Origin: Dipteris shenzhenensis
Taxonomy: Eukaryota
DNA: 64,000 nt
Direction: 5' to 3' (one strand)
NCBI GenBank assembly: GCA_047967505.1
Contig: CM106538.1
The notes under the pieces are model-generated. The model did not search any database, was not told the DNA's origin, and saw only the letters and a program-made list of their open reading frames with translations. Made by a program: the position numbers and the translations under genes. The stretch's first letter is position 1; each line of letters begins with the position of its first letter. Of the stretch, positions 25,063 to 38,570 are shown piece after piece.

Positions 25063-28000
25063 CACAACAACACAAAGCAACTATAGACGCGCTTGGTAGA
25101 CGTGCAAAATAGCGGGCGCGTCTATAGGCATTGCTTTAGTAGAGGAATTACGAGCGAGTCTAAAAGCGCATCTAACAACTCGTCTATTTGCATGTCTAAA
25201 TAGCGTGTCTATTTGTGCGCCTAAACTGAGAAAATATGGGCCCGTCTAACGTCGCATTTATCAGTGCATCTATTTGCACGTGTATTGGCGCGTTTATTTG
25301 CGCGTTTACACTGAGAATTAGATGCACATTTAGACGCATAGATAGATGCAAACCAGAGAATACAGAAAGTGAGATTTTGGTGTACATCATTGCCTTCCAA
25401 ACATTGCCCATGATTACCAAAGCACATAATTTTAACAAAAACATCAATGCTTTTTTGCAAGCCCACATCTACAAGAATTAAGTGAGGTGAGGAGAATGAA
25501 ACAATATGTAAAATAGTTTTGCCAATACCAATGATGGGGCTACGGTTCAATCTCATCCTCAATGAGATCAACCCTTGCCAAACTATCTACTTCAAAATCC
25601 AAACAAGTGTTTAGATCTACAAATACATTCAACCCACTACTACTTGTGCTACTCATGTGCTCATCGAAATCAGCATCACCAATGGTAGGCAGGCTCGTCC
25701 TCATGGGTAATAGCCTCAATATCTGTATCTCCTATCTCATGATCATCCTCCTCTTTCGTATCACGGTCATCATCACGTCCATGGCCATGATCATCCTCCA
25801 TACGCTCCATATTAGTAAATGTACTATACATCACTTTGGAACGTGGCATAATAGGTATGACATGCCACCATCTATTATTATCCACCATTGGTTGATAGAC
25901 AACCTAATTCAAACACAAATACAATCATGTTATTTTTCTTGCATCAAATATTTAAAAGCGAGTATTTTTATATGTGTGCACAGTACCTGTTCACATTGTT
26001 ATGGTAGTACTAGTGTGTCCTTCCTACTTTGCCAAAACTTTGTGGAGTCAATAGTTACAAAGCCAATTTCATGGCATTTGATTGTTGCATTAGGGCCTCT
26101 TTCCACCACGTCCTTAAACCACTTTACATCCAAAACATACACAAAGAAGCGTCGAAAGTCAAGCATAATAATATCTTGGATTATGCCACAATAATCATCC
26201 ATGGCTCCATTGGCTCCCTCAAAGCTAGCAATGACGCCGCAATCTTGTGTGTTTCTCTTATCATCAATCCGTTGTGTTCGAAAATGCTTGCCCTTACACC
26301 ATATAGCATTGAACATAGTATACTACACCAAGAAAAAATAAATTAAATAAGCAATCTAAATTATTGAAAGCTCGTTACTTATGCATAACATTCTATATAC
26401 CGATCTTGCTCATGCATCCCCTAGCATACTCCCATTCTTCCATTGTGATATGCATCCCCTCGTCTTTCTCTGCTTTCTCCATTTCATCAAGTAGCCAATC
26501 CACATGAATATCCTTTGGAAGTGCTCTTAGATACTAAGGGTATGGCACACGAGATCCGTGGTGTGTACGAAAGAGGGCCCTTTCTTCTTGTCTTCTTGCC
26601 TTTGCATCCTCGTATCTTGTCACCCATCTTTTCATCACATCACTATTAAGCACGCAAAAGAGGTTGATACTATTATGCAACTCTGTGTCTATTACTTTGT
26701 TGCGTCCTTTCCCTTGAGTCACAATAGAGGTCATCCTTAGGTCTTCATCATCTCTCCATAGTCGTGGGAGAGAGCTATCCACATCAACAAGAAACTCAGA
26801 AATATATACAAGTGACTCTTGTACCAACCAACCATCGGCCATGCTACCTTCGGGTCTTGCATTTTGTCTCACGAAGCCCTTCAAGGTCTTCATGAAGCAC
26901 TCGAGGAAGAACAACCATCGTGCATGTATAGTACCGCATATAGCAATCTCATCCACCAAATGCACTATAAGATGTAGTTGGCTTATGAGAATAGAACGTG
27001 GAAATGTCTCCTCCACTAAACAAATCACCTCCACTGCATAACTCGAGCATTCTCAAGCATGGTGGGATCTATTTCCTTTGAGCTCACATACTTGGAAATG
27101 AAAAAGTACAGCATATTAGCAATATGCATTCAAACTTGCATGGAGCATTGATACGCATCATATTTTGTATCATGTAAAGTACCTCACAAGCTCGCCCATC
27201 TTGTAAAGACAATCTTTCACGTCCTTTGATGCACTATGTGAAATGCTAGTAGGTAGTATGAACTGAACCCACGAGGAGGTGGTTGATTAGTTGCTTATAA
27301 TTATTCACTCACAAATTTGAAAGGAAAAAGATATTATGCACATAAAATACTTACTTGGAGCATCTTGTGCCAATCATGAGATTTCAAGCCATATAATTGC
27401 TCTACACCTCTTTTCTTGCTCTTTGTAAAGGCTCCCTTCAAACACCTCATGCATCCAGTGGGAGTACGAATTGTAGTAATAGCGCGCTTCACCGTCACCA
27501 TCTCTAGTTTTGATAACATCCATGGTGGACGAGGTAAAAAACACACCCATTTGGTCTCTCTTGTGGCCAAGCTTCATGCATCCTCCCTGTGGTACGTAGA
27601 TCCTCCCTTATGCCTACAGAATCTCGTGTCCCATTCAAATGCTCCCAAATGGTAGATGCCACATTCTTGAAGATATGCATGGGATCAAGTAGGTGATTGA
27701 TCTTGAGGTGGTACCAATATGGTAAACGATAAAAGATGGAGTATCTAAACAAAATAAAGTGTTAGCGGGCAATCTTTATTTCCAGCAAATATAGCACACA
27801 ATAGTTACAAATCCTTACCGACTCATGCCAAGTGGTGGAGGAGTCGTGGAACCGTCCCAAATTCTCATCCAATCTCCCGCGGTGAGTGATTGTGGGAGGA
27901 CTTCATTCCAAGGGGCAACATATCTAGGATGATCAGGTGGGGGAAATCAATGGTGATTCTCATAGATGACCTTATTCAATGCATCTGCCCGTGAGGCAAC

Positions 28001-30590
28001 TAGCGAAGGACCACAAACAGGACATGCATGGTAACCCGATGTAGTGAGACCTGAACAATAGATGCAATTAAGAGTTGAAGGTGGGTTTAGGATGCCACAT
28101 CCTTTGCCTATTCATAATTAGAAGTGCAATGCTTACCTGAACACTCGCCATAGCCTGGGAAGTCATGCATCATCCACATCAAGACTGCTTTGTAGTTGAA
28201 GTCTCGTGACGAGGGAGGCCTACTCACATCATGCACCTCGATACCTCTCCAAAGTATCTCTAGCTCGTCAATCAAAGGCTCCAAATAAACATCAGGGTTT
28301 TTGACTTTATGTTTCCTTGGAATTAGAAGGGACAGCATAACATGTCCTTTCTTAATAGCCATATAGGGTGGAAGATTATAATTCACCAATATCACTGGCC
28401 ATACACTGTAAGACGTGCTTTTGAGACCAAATGGGTTCACACCGTCCATACCCAATCCAAGTCTCAAGCTCCTAGGTTCTTCCTTGAAGCCTGGCCATGT
28501 GTCTTCAATATGCTTCCACGCAAGAGAGTCCGTGGGAGTTCTCCACTTGCCATCGATTGATCGATGGGAGGAATGCCATGACATGAGCACAGCAATAGAT
28601 TTGCACTTGAACATATGTTGGATGCGAGGGATTATGGGAAAATGTCGCAGAACCTTACGAGGCATGTCCAAAGTTTTGAGATCTACTCTATATCTTGCCT
28701 CTCCACAAGTAGGACACTCTTGCATCCTTATGTAGTCCATGAAACAAAACGCAATCGTGACGCATGCATGGATGTGCTTGTAATCTAATCCTCCAAGAGA
28801 GGTCACATGTTGCCTTGCCATATCTCTTGAGGTCGGTAATTTTTTCTCCCTTGGAAGCATTTTTCACAATAGCCTGCACGTGAAGACCATAAATGAGGAA
28901 AAGCATTCGAGTAATTGACCCACTAGCATAATTCACCATGTTTGCAAAATAGAATTTAAAGCTTACTTGAGTAATGCATTCAAACTTGCATTGCTCCATC
29001 CATAGATGGTTTGCAAGTTTAGTAACTAAGGGAGGCACATAGAACATAGAATGTGCACCCCTCAAACAGTGGAGTCGATGCTACAGTAAAAAGATCATCC
29101 TACTCCATGCTATCATCCCTCCCTTGATGGACATATAAATCCCACACCATATCATCAAACACCTCCTCCTCCACGGCTTCATGAGGTAATGGCGGAGGGC
29201 TACTATCACCATCACTCCATGCATTCGTAATGGTCCCTCTTGAAGATCCCACCTCATATTGCCGACGCTTCAGCTCCTCACGGTGAGCATGGGGCAACAT
29301 ATGCGGGTGTGGCACTGCATCTTGTATCAAAATAAAATGGGATCATAACTCAAACATATGAACACCCATAGGTATCTCAATAAACCTTAACTTACAAAAC
29401 CTTACCCTGTTTACGGTCACATCCCATTCTCCATACTTTGAGATGTGATTGAGTGTAATCCTGTGTGCACGATACATGTTTCCTCGACATCGATCACACA
29501 TACATTTGATTTTTTGCTCCAACCACATTTCGCGATGGTGGATATGGAGGGATTCATCCTCACTGGAGCTACTTGTTGACACCAAATTTGCTCTTCTTCA
29601 AATGTTTAATTTTAAACTCTGTGGCGCATCTAAAGGTGCGTCTAAAAGCACGTCTGTTTGTTCTGTGGTGCGTGTCTAAAATCGTTTCTAAAAGCACATC
29701 TAAAACTGCTTCTACTCTGTGTATTTAGACATGCCTATAGATGTGCTTTTAGATGCGCCTATAGACGCAGCTTTTAAACCTGCTTTTAGCACGCTCGCTT
29801 CGCTTTTCTTCACATTACTTATACTTTGCACGGCTTGCTTGCTTCCTTATTAGCAGATCCACAGTTTCGACGCTTAAGAGGAAGGCGCCCACAGTTACTT
29901 CCAAGATTACACTTAAGAGGAAGACACCCACACTTACTTCCAAGCTTAAAGGAGAGGAGGGCGAACAAGGAGGAGAAGCAACTTTGAAAAAGGAGAAGAA
30001 CCTTCCATACCTCTATCCAAGGTAAGTCCTTTTGCAGTTGATCTTTTTTGGAAGTTTGCTCTCTTTGGATTTGTACTTTCTCGTATCCAAAAAATGCATG
30101 ATCTGGGTATCAGTGTCACGTTTGTGTGTCGGGCGCAATGTCCTTTTCTACTTTTTAGAAAAGTTCATCTGTCGAAGCGCATCTATAGGCACATCTCAGA
30201 GCGCGTCTACAAGTGTGTCTAAACGTGCGTCTAGCCTATTTATAGACACACACAGCTACGTCTATAGACGCACTGTTATACGTAAAAATAGACGTGCTAA
30301 TCAGACGCGTCTATAGACGCGCTCCGACAGTAATCCTCTCTTCCCTTCCCCTTTCTTCTCAGCTCATCAGTAATAGATTTTTTTTCTTTTTTCCAGTTCA
30401 ACATGTGGCCAGGAAGCACTTCCAGCTCACCTGATCCCCGGGATTCTATTTGGAGGCACTTATATAACCTTTTAAGGCACCCTCCTAGTCCTGCGGAGTT
30501 ATACGGGTATATGACGGGTACTCTAAACACCGCCAGGAGTTGGCACTACAGACTCCAAACCACCCCACACCAACTGAGATCACCCCAGCA
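25063..30590 (-). mobile_element. CACTA/EnSpm DNA transposon, decayed, right end not found
   Basis: Intron-split TNP2-type transposase, plus clusters of TAGACGCG-type repeats in both orientations (25083-25345, 29625-29790, 30175-30322). Possible degenerate left terminus cacaacaac at 25063. Confidence 0.8.
25550..29585 (-). pseudogene. CACTA TNP2/TnpD-like transposase pseudogene (Transposase_21, DUF4218, DUF4216-like parts)
   Basis: Motifs RSLRLGLGMDGVNPF, SVWPVILVNYNLPP, HDFPGYG, LDPMHIFKNV, GLKSHDWHKMLQ, HLIVHLVDEI..G...RW, TQDCGV..YCGIIQDI. Fragments are separated by GT-AG introns. Confidence 0.9.
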
Positions 30591-31099
30591 TGTACATGAA
30601 GCCTTTGAAGCTCATATATTCATGTCCAAGTTTGAGATGAAAAAAATCAATTAAGAGCATTTACATCAACTGTTTCATCTTGAGCCAAGTCTAAGGCACC
30701 AAACAAATCTATCTCCAACTCTATACCGAGTTGATCTCCTATATCATCATCGTACTCTAGCATCGTACGTTCACCTAAAAGTACTTGATTATCTTCTTCA
30801 ATAAAGTGTGGTGATTCTTGACTCATTCTTGATGATCGTACACGACCTACTCCGAAAGTATGCTGCTGCACTGCTCTGCTCCAGACTCCATTCTTTGGAG
30901 CATAGCATCACTCACCAACTCGACCAGTCACTACTCCTTTCTTGCTGTGTGCCATCTTGCTCAACCTGTTGTTGGATTTTCCAATGTTCCCCTTCCTTTA
31001 GAGGGTGTGTGCACGTGCTCATTGCATATGCCCTCTCAACCCTTGAAACTCTTTACTGTGCCCACAAAAAGCAGAAATTAGAAGAGCAATCAACTCCTC

Positions 31100-31520
31100 A
31101 AAATTAGGAAAATTTCACGAACGGCAATGGATGTCTGAAATTGTGCATAATCCTTTCCTAGACCATTCAAGGTCATAGAAACTAAATCATCATCTTCCAC
31201 TGGCAACCCAATAGAAGCAAGTGCATCTACAATCTTCTTCACCTTCATGTGGTAGTCATTCATGCTCATATTTTCTCTCTGCACATTATGCAACTCCTGC
31301 TTGAGCTGCATTTTCCTAGCTCGCGTATTTCTGCTATACATTTTTGTCAAAGTATCCCACGCCTCCTTGGACGTGCTTGCATCCTGAATATGCACAATCA
31401 TAGAATCGGAAATACTGATAGACAACCAATACATAACTTTTCTGGCTCTCTCATGCTAGCCTTTAAATGCCTGCAACTCCTGTTGATTAGGAACATTAGG
31501 AATAACTGGTTCTTGTTTAG
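31100..31520 (-). mobile_element. Copia gag fragment, probably the 5' part of the element at 21973-25025
   Basis: ISDSMIVHIQDASTSKEAWDTL...RKMQLKQEL...LNGLGKDY is a UBN2-type gag. Same strand as the downstream pol. No 5' LTR seen. Confidence 0.8.
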
Positions 31521-31547
31521 CCAGCCCAGCTGGCTACACAACGCAGG

Positions 31548-31640
31548 CCCATCTCCCATGCTGTCTTATGCACCTTCCCCCATGCCGTCTTATGCCCCTT
31601 CTGCAAATGTCGTCTTATGCCCCTTCCCCCATGCTGTTAG
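31548..31640. repeat. ~21-24-bp tandem repeat, about 4 copies
   Basis: cccatgc(t/c)gtcttatgc(a/c)ccttc is repeated. Confidence 0.75.
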
Positions 31641-32489
31641 GAGGTCCTTCTGTCTCGCAGAGCCGTCGACGTACTCCTATGCAGTCGAGACTCGGTTCTC
31701 TAGCTTTGAGTGGTCAGCGTAGTCCTATGCAGTCTCCAGCTACGAGTGGCCCAGCGTACGAGCTCGACACGACACGGTAGCAGGCGTAGTAGCAAGGAGA
31801 GCGGTGGGGGATGGATGGCACAGTGCTTTGGGAGGGGTGGCAGTGGGGACGATGATGATTCAGATGATTTAGACGTGCGTTCATCATTGTCATCCTTCAA
31901 AACACAATCCACACAAGATTGAATTGCTAGTTGTGGTCTAGGGGAATGAGAGTGCTTCACCATCATAGAAAGAATAGGAGCAAGCAAAGAGAGGGATGTT
32001 GGAAGGATGAAGAGGTTGATAGAAGGTTGAGAGGAGGAGGAGAATCATGAGAGGAGGTTGAGAGGAGGAGAATGACATGAGGTTGAGAGGAGGAATAGGT
32101 TGAGAGAAGGTTGAGGGGAGGAAGAGAAGGCTGAGAGGAGGTTCATAGGAGGTAGAGGCTAAGAGGAAAGTCCTGATTCATGGGGATAGTTTGGGGCAAC
32201 TCCTAGGAGGTGTTTGGGGGGTGGGAGGTGTTTTTCGGCCACACCAAGAGAGGGAGGAGGGTAAGGGGAACAACCCAAAAGTCAAAGTAGGGGAGTAAAT
32301 GCCCCAAGAGGTTGTCTAGCAAGAGGGAGGCAAGTGGGCGCCTAGTGGGGACCAAGGGAGGTCTCTCCACCAATGAGAGGCCAATATGGAATCCTCCATT
32401 CTTTTAATGCCCAATCCTTCCCATTGGTTGGTTTGCTAATCACAAATCTTATGGGCCTAATCCAAGAGGCCCTTTTCGATGCAGGATGG

Positions 32490-33080
32490 ATGATTTGACT
32501 GCAAATGCAGTGGAATGTAAAATCCTTCCACTTGATGTCATCTCTTAGCCTAGGCATCTGACAGAGCTCTCTTAAGTGAATATGAATAGTGCTCATCTCC
32601 CAAAACACTCCGAACAGATAATGCAACACTTGACATTGGCAATTGTAAAACATTTTAAACACATTACTAGAAACCTTGACTTGGGTATGAAGGAAAACAT
32701 TTTGAGTAGGAATATATGACATCCCAACATGAAACAAGTTATGAATAAGATAGAATTTCCAAAGGGGTCAATATCAATGGCAATTGTTGATAATTTGAAA
32801 ACATCACTGGGTATTGTGAAATGAGTCCAAAGTTCTGACAGGTCAGCTACAAAGAGAGTGGCACACCATACAATTGCCAACAAATCAGAGGCAAAAAATT
32901 TAGACTATGTGATACCAAAGTCACTAAAGCCCTTAGTACGGAATCCCATGGAACAACACAATTTTAAGATGAATTTTATTGACCCTCAAGGAGTAGAATT
33001 CATATGGGCTAATGGAGGTTGAAGGTAGAGAAAAGTTATCAGGTTGTTTAATGTGTGATCGAATTCTAGAAAGATAACAC
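32490..33080 (+). mobile_element. Possible degenerate LINE endonuclease fragment
   Basis: WNVKSF at ~32511 (cf. WNVRGL) and NFIDPQGVEFIWAN at ~32972 (cf. D..FTW.N). Heavily disrupted. Confidence 0.35.
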
Positions 33081-33527
33081 TAGCGTGTCACCAAACAAGA
33101 ATAGCCAACAACAGAATGCAAAGCATCCCACCCATTACTTGGAGCTTATAGAGGTATATCTACTTTCTTTTGTAGAGGCACATCATCTTGTAGTTGATGA
33201 GTACTACTGCTATTTAGTACTGTTTAGTATCACTCTTATATGCTACTACCACTATTTAGTACTGTTTAGATACTATTATTTAATACTATTCAGGTACAAG
33301 TATCATGCTCTTAGACTCTATGTACCACTCTTATATCTTAGTTAGTACTATTTAGATACTATAAGAATATTCTCTCAAATGCTAAGTACCATTGTCAGAT
33401 GCTATTTCGTACTATTTAGTTTTAGTTAGTGCTCTTTAGGTACTACTTCCATTTTGGCCAAGAAGTGATGCTTTGTTGAAACAAACTTTCTTTGTACAAT
33501 TTGATATATTCTAGTCTTACAAAGGGG

Positions 33528-33549
33528 TATGTGCGTGCGTGAGTGTGTG

Positions 33550-33600
<51 letters not shown>

Positions 33601-33609
33601 AGAGAGAGA
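33528..33609. repeat. (GT)n/(GA)n compound microsatellite, continued as (AG)n at 38109-38139
   Basis: Directly visible; split by the Copia insertion. Confidence 0.95.
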
Positions 33610-36600
33610 TGACAAAATATGAATAGGGGAGAGGAGAAGAGTGGAGATGAGGAGAGAGGGCACAGCTAGAGAGCACACCACAAATGACTAACTGTACACT
33701 AGATTTAATTGAAAATATAGAATATATACAAACCCATTTAGGGTTAGGGTTACGGCATCTAACCCTTTCCTTTATAGCAATCTATTGGGTTAGTGCTATT
33801 CACATATGATCACATGATGGTGCTATGCACATATGATCGCATGATGTTGAGTGTGAACTCTCAACACCTTCCCTCAAGATCAACATCATGAAGTAGTCCT
33901 TCCCTCAAGATGATGATTCTTGGGAATCGAATAAGGAGTAAACATTACATTCCATCATCACACCCCTTTAATGGGAATGTCCTTCCTTTGCATCAAACCA
34001 AGAGCTACTCTGTGTTTCTCGAAAAGCTCTTTACCAAGTGGTTTGGTAAAGATGTCTGCAACATTCTCTTTGCTATCACAATGCTGCAGTGTGATGTCAC
34101 CAAGTAACACTCTTTCTCTAATGAAGTGCTCTCTGACATCAATGTGCTTTGTCCTAGAGTGGTATATTGGATTCTTGGCCAGTGCTTGAGCTGATTGATT
34201 ATCACAGTATATTGTTGTTGGCTTTGACTCATCAAAGTAATCTGTTTCTGACAACAGTCTTTTGAGCCATATAGCCTCACATGCACCTATAATGAGTGCT
34301 CTATATTCTGCTTCAGTCGAAGACAAAGAAATAATTGGTTGTTTGCTTGACAACCATGATATAGCACCTTGACCAAGGAAACATGCATATCCCTATGTCG
34401 ATCTCCTAGTCTCATGATCTCCAGCATAGTCACTATCACAGTATCCATGCAACCATGGATGACTTCCTCTATATTCTATCCCAAACTGTGTTGTACCTCT
34501 AATTTATCTCAAGGCTCTTTTGGCTGCATTCCAAAGAGACTATTTTGTATTTGCCATAAACTATGCAAGTGAACTTACTGCATAACAAATATCTAGCCAT
34601 GTGAGACATTAACTGTAGGCTTTTTTGAATCTTTTATAAGTTTCAAACGTTGTTCCATGGGAGTGGCTGTAATCTTGCAATCTGCCATATGAAACTTCTT
34701 TAGGATACTATCAAGATACTTGAGCTGACTCATGAAGGTGTTGTCTGAATCTCTCCAGAACTCAATTCCAAAACTCAATTCCAAGACAATAGTGCATATT
34801 AAGTCCAAGATCTTTCATGTCAAACTCTACAGCAGATAAGTCTTGTTTTAGCTTTCTAATGAAGCTATCCTTGCTTTTGGTCACAATCAGATCATCTACA
34901 TACAAAAGTGCAATAGTGATGTCTTCCCCTTGAACTTTGTAGTAGAGAGTATGATCTACATTGGACTTCATGTATCCTAGATTAGCAAAATACTTGTCAA
35001 TTCTGCTGTACCAACTTTTGGGTGCTTGCTTTAAGCCATAGAGACTTTTCTTAAGATGGAAAACTTTATTCTCCTTTCTTGGTTCAACATAACCTATTAG
35101 TTGTTGCATGTAGACTTCCTCGTCTAGATAACCATTGAGAAATGAATTCTTGATATCAAGCTAATACACATTCCATCTGCTGAGTGTCACTCATTTGTTT
35201 GCTATGGCCTTCTTTCCCGGTGGAAGGTCGCATTATTCCCAAGTATTGTTCTTATATAAAGCATCCATTTCTTCATTCATAGCAGTTTGCCATTTTGGCT
35301 TGTCTACTGCATCTCCGAAGTACACTGGCTCTTCTATAACCATGACTCGGTAGTCATAATAGCATAGTTGGTAGTTTCAACCTGAATTGCTTTACCTTTT
35401 CTGAGCATATGTCAATCTTGCTGGCGGTTTGCTTTCCCTAGTAGACCGTCTAAGCTACTATGGCTCCGCTTGGGGTGTTACTGTCAATTCTTGCTCTTCT
35501 TCATCAACCTATTCTGTAGATGATTGTGAAGTCGATGCTTCCATCTCCTGTGCATCCGAGGTTTCCATACTGATTCCTCATCAAAGATTACATCTCTGGA
35601 GATAATGACCTTGCGGTTGATGGGATCATACTTGTATGCTTTGCTTTCTTCATTGTAGCCAACCATGATGCATTTGCATGGCTTCGCATCTAATTTCCTA
35701 CGATGATCATCATTTATGTAGGCATATGCTATGCAACCAAATATGCCGAGATGCCCAATGTGTGGCTTGTGTCCAGTGAATGCTTCATAAGTTGTCATAC
35801 CATGTATCGGTTTGGTAGGAAGCTAATTAAGCAAGTAGTTTGCAATGGCTATTGCTTTTGCCCAATGCTTTTGCCCAATAGTGATTCAAAAGATGCTTTT
35901 CACTAAGGATTGCTCTAGCACTGTCTGCTAAAGTACCATTCTTCCTTTCAGCTCTTGCATTCTGTTGAGGAGTATTTGCACAAGTGAATTGTCTTCAAAT
36001 GCCATGACTTTTGCAAAAGTTCATGAATGCTAAAGACATGTATTCAACTCCTCTGTCTGATCTCATGACTTTGATCTTTCTGCCTGTTTGGTTTTCTACC
36101 ATGGCTTTGAATTATTAAAATCTAGAAAACACTTCAGATTTCTCTTTCAAAAAGTAGACCCAACAATATCTGCTGTAGTCGTCGAGACCAAAGTCAAGTA
36201 GTAAAGTGAACCATTGATGCTGCGGGTCTGGGAATAACCCCATACATCTGTATGTATCAAATCAAGAATACCTCATGCTCGAGAGGTACTTCTACCAAAG
36301 TTGGCTCGCTTTTGTTTGCCGAAACAGCATGCTTCATGAACTTTTCCAAGAAACTGTAGCTTTGGAATCCCGATTGCCATGTTCGGATTCCTGAGATCTA
36401 ACAAGCTCTTGAAATTGACATGACCATATCTCTTATGTCATTTTGCAAATAGTGGCATCTGTTGTGATTGAGTTGTCAGAGCATGCTTCTCTGGTATTGT
36501 AGCTAGCATTCTATACAAGCATTCTTCCTTGACACCTTTTCCTACTAGCTGACATCTTCTCGATTTACCTCCCTAAGCTTCGAAACATAAAGTACATCAT

Positions 36601-38104
36601 TCACCTGTCCCTTGAACTGGATTCGGTGTATTATCTACTGTGTAGATGACATTTTTCTGACCTTCTAATAGTTTTTTCTCTGTGAACCATTCCAGATGAT
36701 TGGTCATGTGAGATGATGCACCGCTGTCGATGTACCAAGGATCCTGTTCTGCTTGGTTGACTTGATAGCTAAAATCCTCTTTTGGATTGTAATCAGTGTC
36801 TAGGTACATTGTATCAGTTTGTTGCATTTCCTCATTTGCAAGAAACATATTCCCATGTTCATTTGCAAAATGACTGTGACTAGAATGTCCACCATGATGA
36901 TTTCCTCTGCTGCCGAAATTGCCTCGATTGTTGCTACTGGACTAACTGCCTTGGTTGTACTGCTTCTTGTGGCAATCTCTTTCATAGTGTCCAAACTTAT
37001 GACAGTAGTTGCACTGAATGTTTGACACGTTGGTGGATGCATTCCCTCATCCTTGAAATCTTCCTCGGTTGGAATGATTTCCTCTCTATTGATTCTGATG
37101 TTTCTAAGGAGTCGCTGTGCATTCGTTGCTGGTGTACAAAGGTGGTTGAGCCTCTTGAGAGCGTGCAGCAGCTAGCAGAGTTGTGGCGTAGCAGGAGACC
37201 TTAGAGGTCGACTATGGAGTGGTGGTGGCTATGAGCAGCCTATGGTACGCTTGCATGCACTCGTCGCTTGAGGGTCGTAGGGCCGCGAGCATTGTAGTAG
37301 CTGTAAGGTCGTTTGAGAGCCGGTGTGGAGGGTCGTTGCTTGGCGGTTGGAGCTGGTCGGCCGGCTTGGCTGTGAGAGCTATGGAGCCCATGAAAGGCGT
37401 TGCAGTAGTGTAGTCCCCAAAGCGCATGTCAATGAAGGTGCTGTTGTTCGATGAGCTAAGCTAAGGATCTCTTGTCTGTTGAAGCTTCAGCTTGTAGAAG
37501 CGTCTTAAGTCTCAAAGGACTTCTAGGCTCTGAGTAGAATTCTCATTAGAGAACATCTCTCCCTCTCAAAGTAGGAGAGGCTCCTCTTTTCTCCTAGAAA
37601 GCTCTCAATGAATGAATCTCTCAATGAAATAACTCTCTCTCAAATCTGAAGTGAAATTTCTCACAAAATCTCTCAAGAATGAAGATGTATGGAAATACTT
37701 CTCTTGTCGCGGAATGAGCGGAAATGGACGGAAATATCTTACAATGAACGAAAATTCTCTACGGAAGTGAACTCTCACAAGAACACTCGAGAAGCTCTCA
37801 ATCTCTCAATCACTCGATCTCTCTCATGATCTCAAGGATCGCAATGCCTCATCGGAAGGCAAGGGAGCTCTGATACCATGACAAAATATGAAGAGGGGAG
37901 AGGAGAAGAGTGGGGATGAGGAGAGAGGGAACAGCTAGAGAGCAGACCACAAATGACTAACTGTACAATAGTTTTAGTTGAAAATGTAAAATATATACAA
38001 ACCCATTTAGGGTTAGGGTTAGGGCATCTAACCCTTTCCTTTATAGCACTCTAGTGGATTAGTGCTATGCACATATGATCACATGATGTTGAGCATGAAC
38101 TCTC

Positions 38105-38108
<4 letters not shown>
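33610..38108 (-). mobile_element. Ty1/Copia element with both LTRs, decayed pol and no recognisable gag capsid region
   Basis: LTRs 33610-33866 and 37879-38108. PBS (rc TGGTATCAGAGC) at 37867-37878, PPT at 33867, TSD AGAGA. Zinc knuckle CNYCHKFGHYERDC, WYIDSGASSHM, INT, RT (LYVDD) and RH (HSRTKHID). Confidence 0.93.
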
Positions 38109-38142
<34 letters not shown>

Positions 38143-38147
38143 TCGAC

Positions 38148-38394
38148 CTTAGGGGGTGCACTAATAGTAATCCTAGGTATCACATGCGTTCAAGGGGTAT
38201 CCTCAACTAAAAATGTTCTCCCAATAAAACCACCCCTCTTTACTTATCAACTAACGGATTTTTTTCTAAAGTTGAATAAAAAACCCCCTCCTATTATTGT
38301 AAACCTGTTAAAATTTTTCCAAAAGTGGAATTAAAATACCCCTCCTTTTGAATTCACGTGGTACACTAAAATTTTTGGAGGTGAACCCCTTGAG
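38148..38394 (+). mobile_element. MITE subfamily B, 247 bp
   Basis: Imperfect TIR cttagggggtgcac/gtgaaccccttgag and 8-bp TSD tgctcgac/tgctcgat. Homologous to 43667-43923 and 44255-44512. Confidence 0.88.
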
Positions 38395-38409
38395 TGCTCG
38401 ATAACTTCA

Positions 38410-38472
<63 letters not shown>

Positions 38473-38570
38473 TTATTTAGTTAGTTATTTATTTATTATT
38501 ATTGAAAGTTATATTTATGTATGTATGTATGCATGTATGTACATACATACATCCATACATACATGCATAC
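38410..38570. repeat. (CT)(AT)(GT) and (GTAT)/(CATA) microsatellites
   Basis: Directly visible. Confidence 0.9.

Noticed and set aside
30544-30550. CACTACA motif as a CACTA terminus
   Set aside because: Wrong orientation for the right end (TAGTG expected), with no matching TIR or 3-bp TSD.
30600-31090. Acidic minus-strand ORF between the CACTA and Copia gag as a hAT C-terminus
   Set aside because: No dimerisation-domain motif found on translation; left unassigned.
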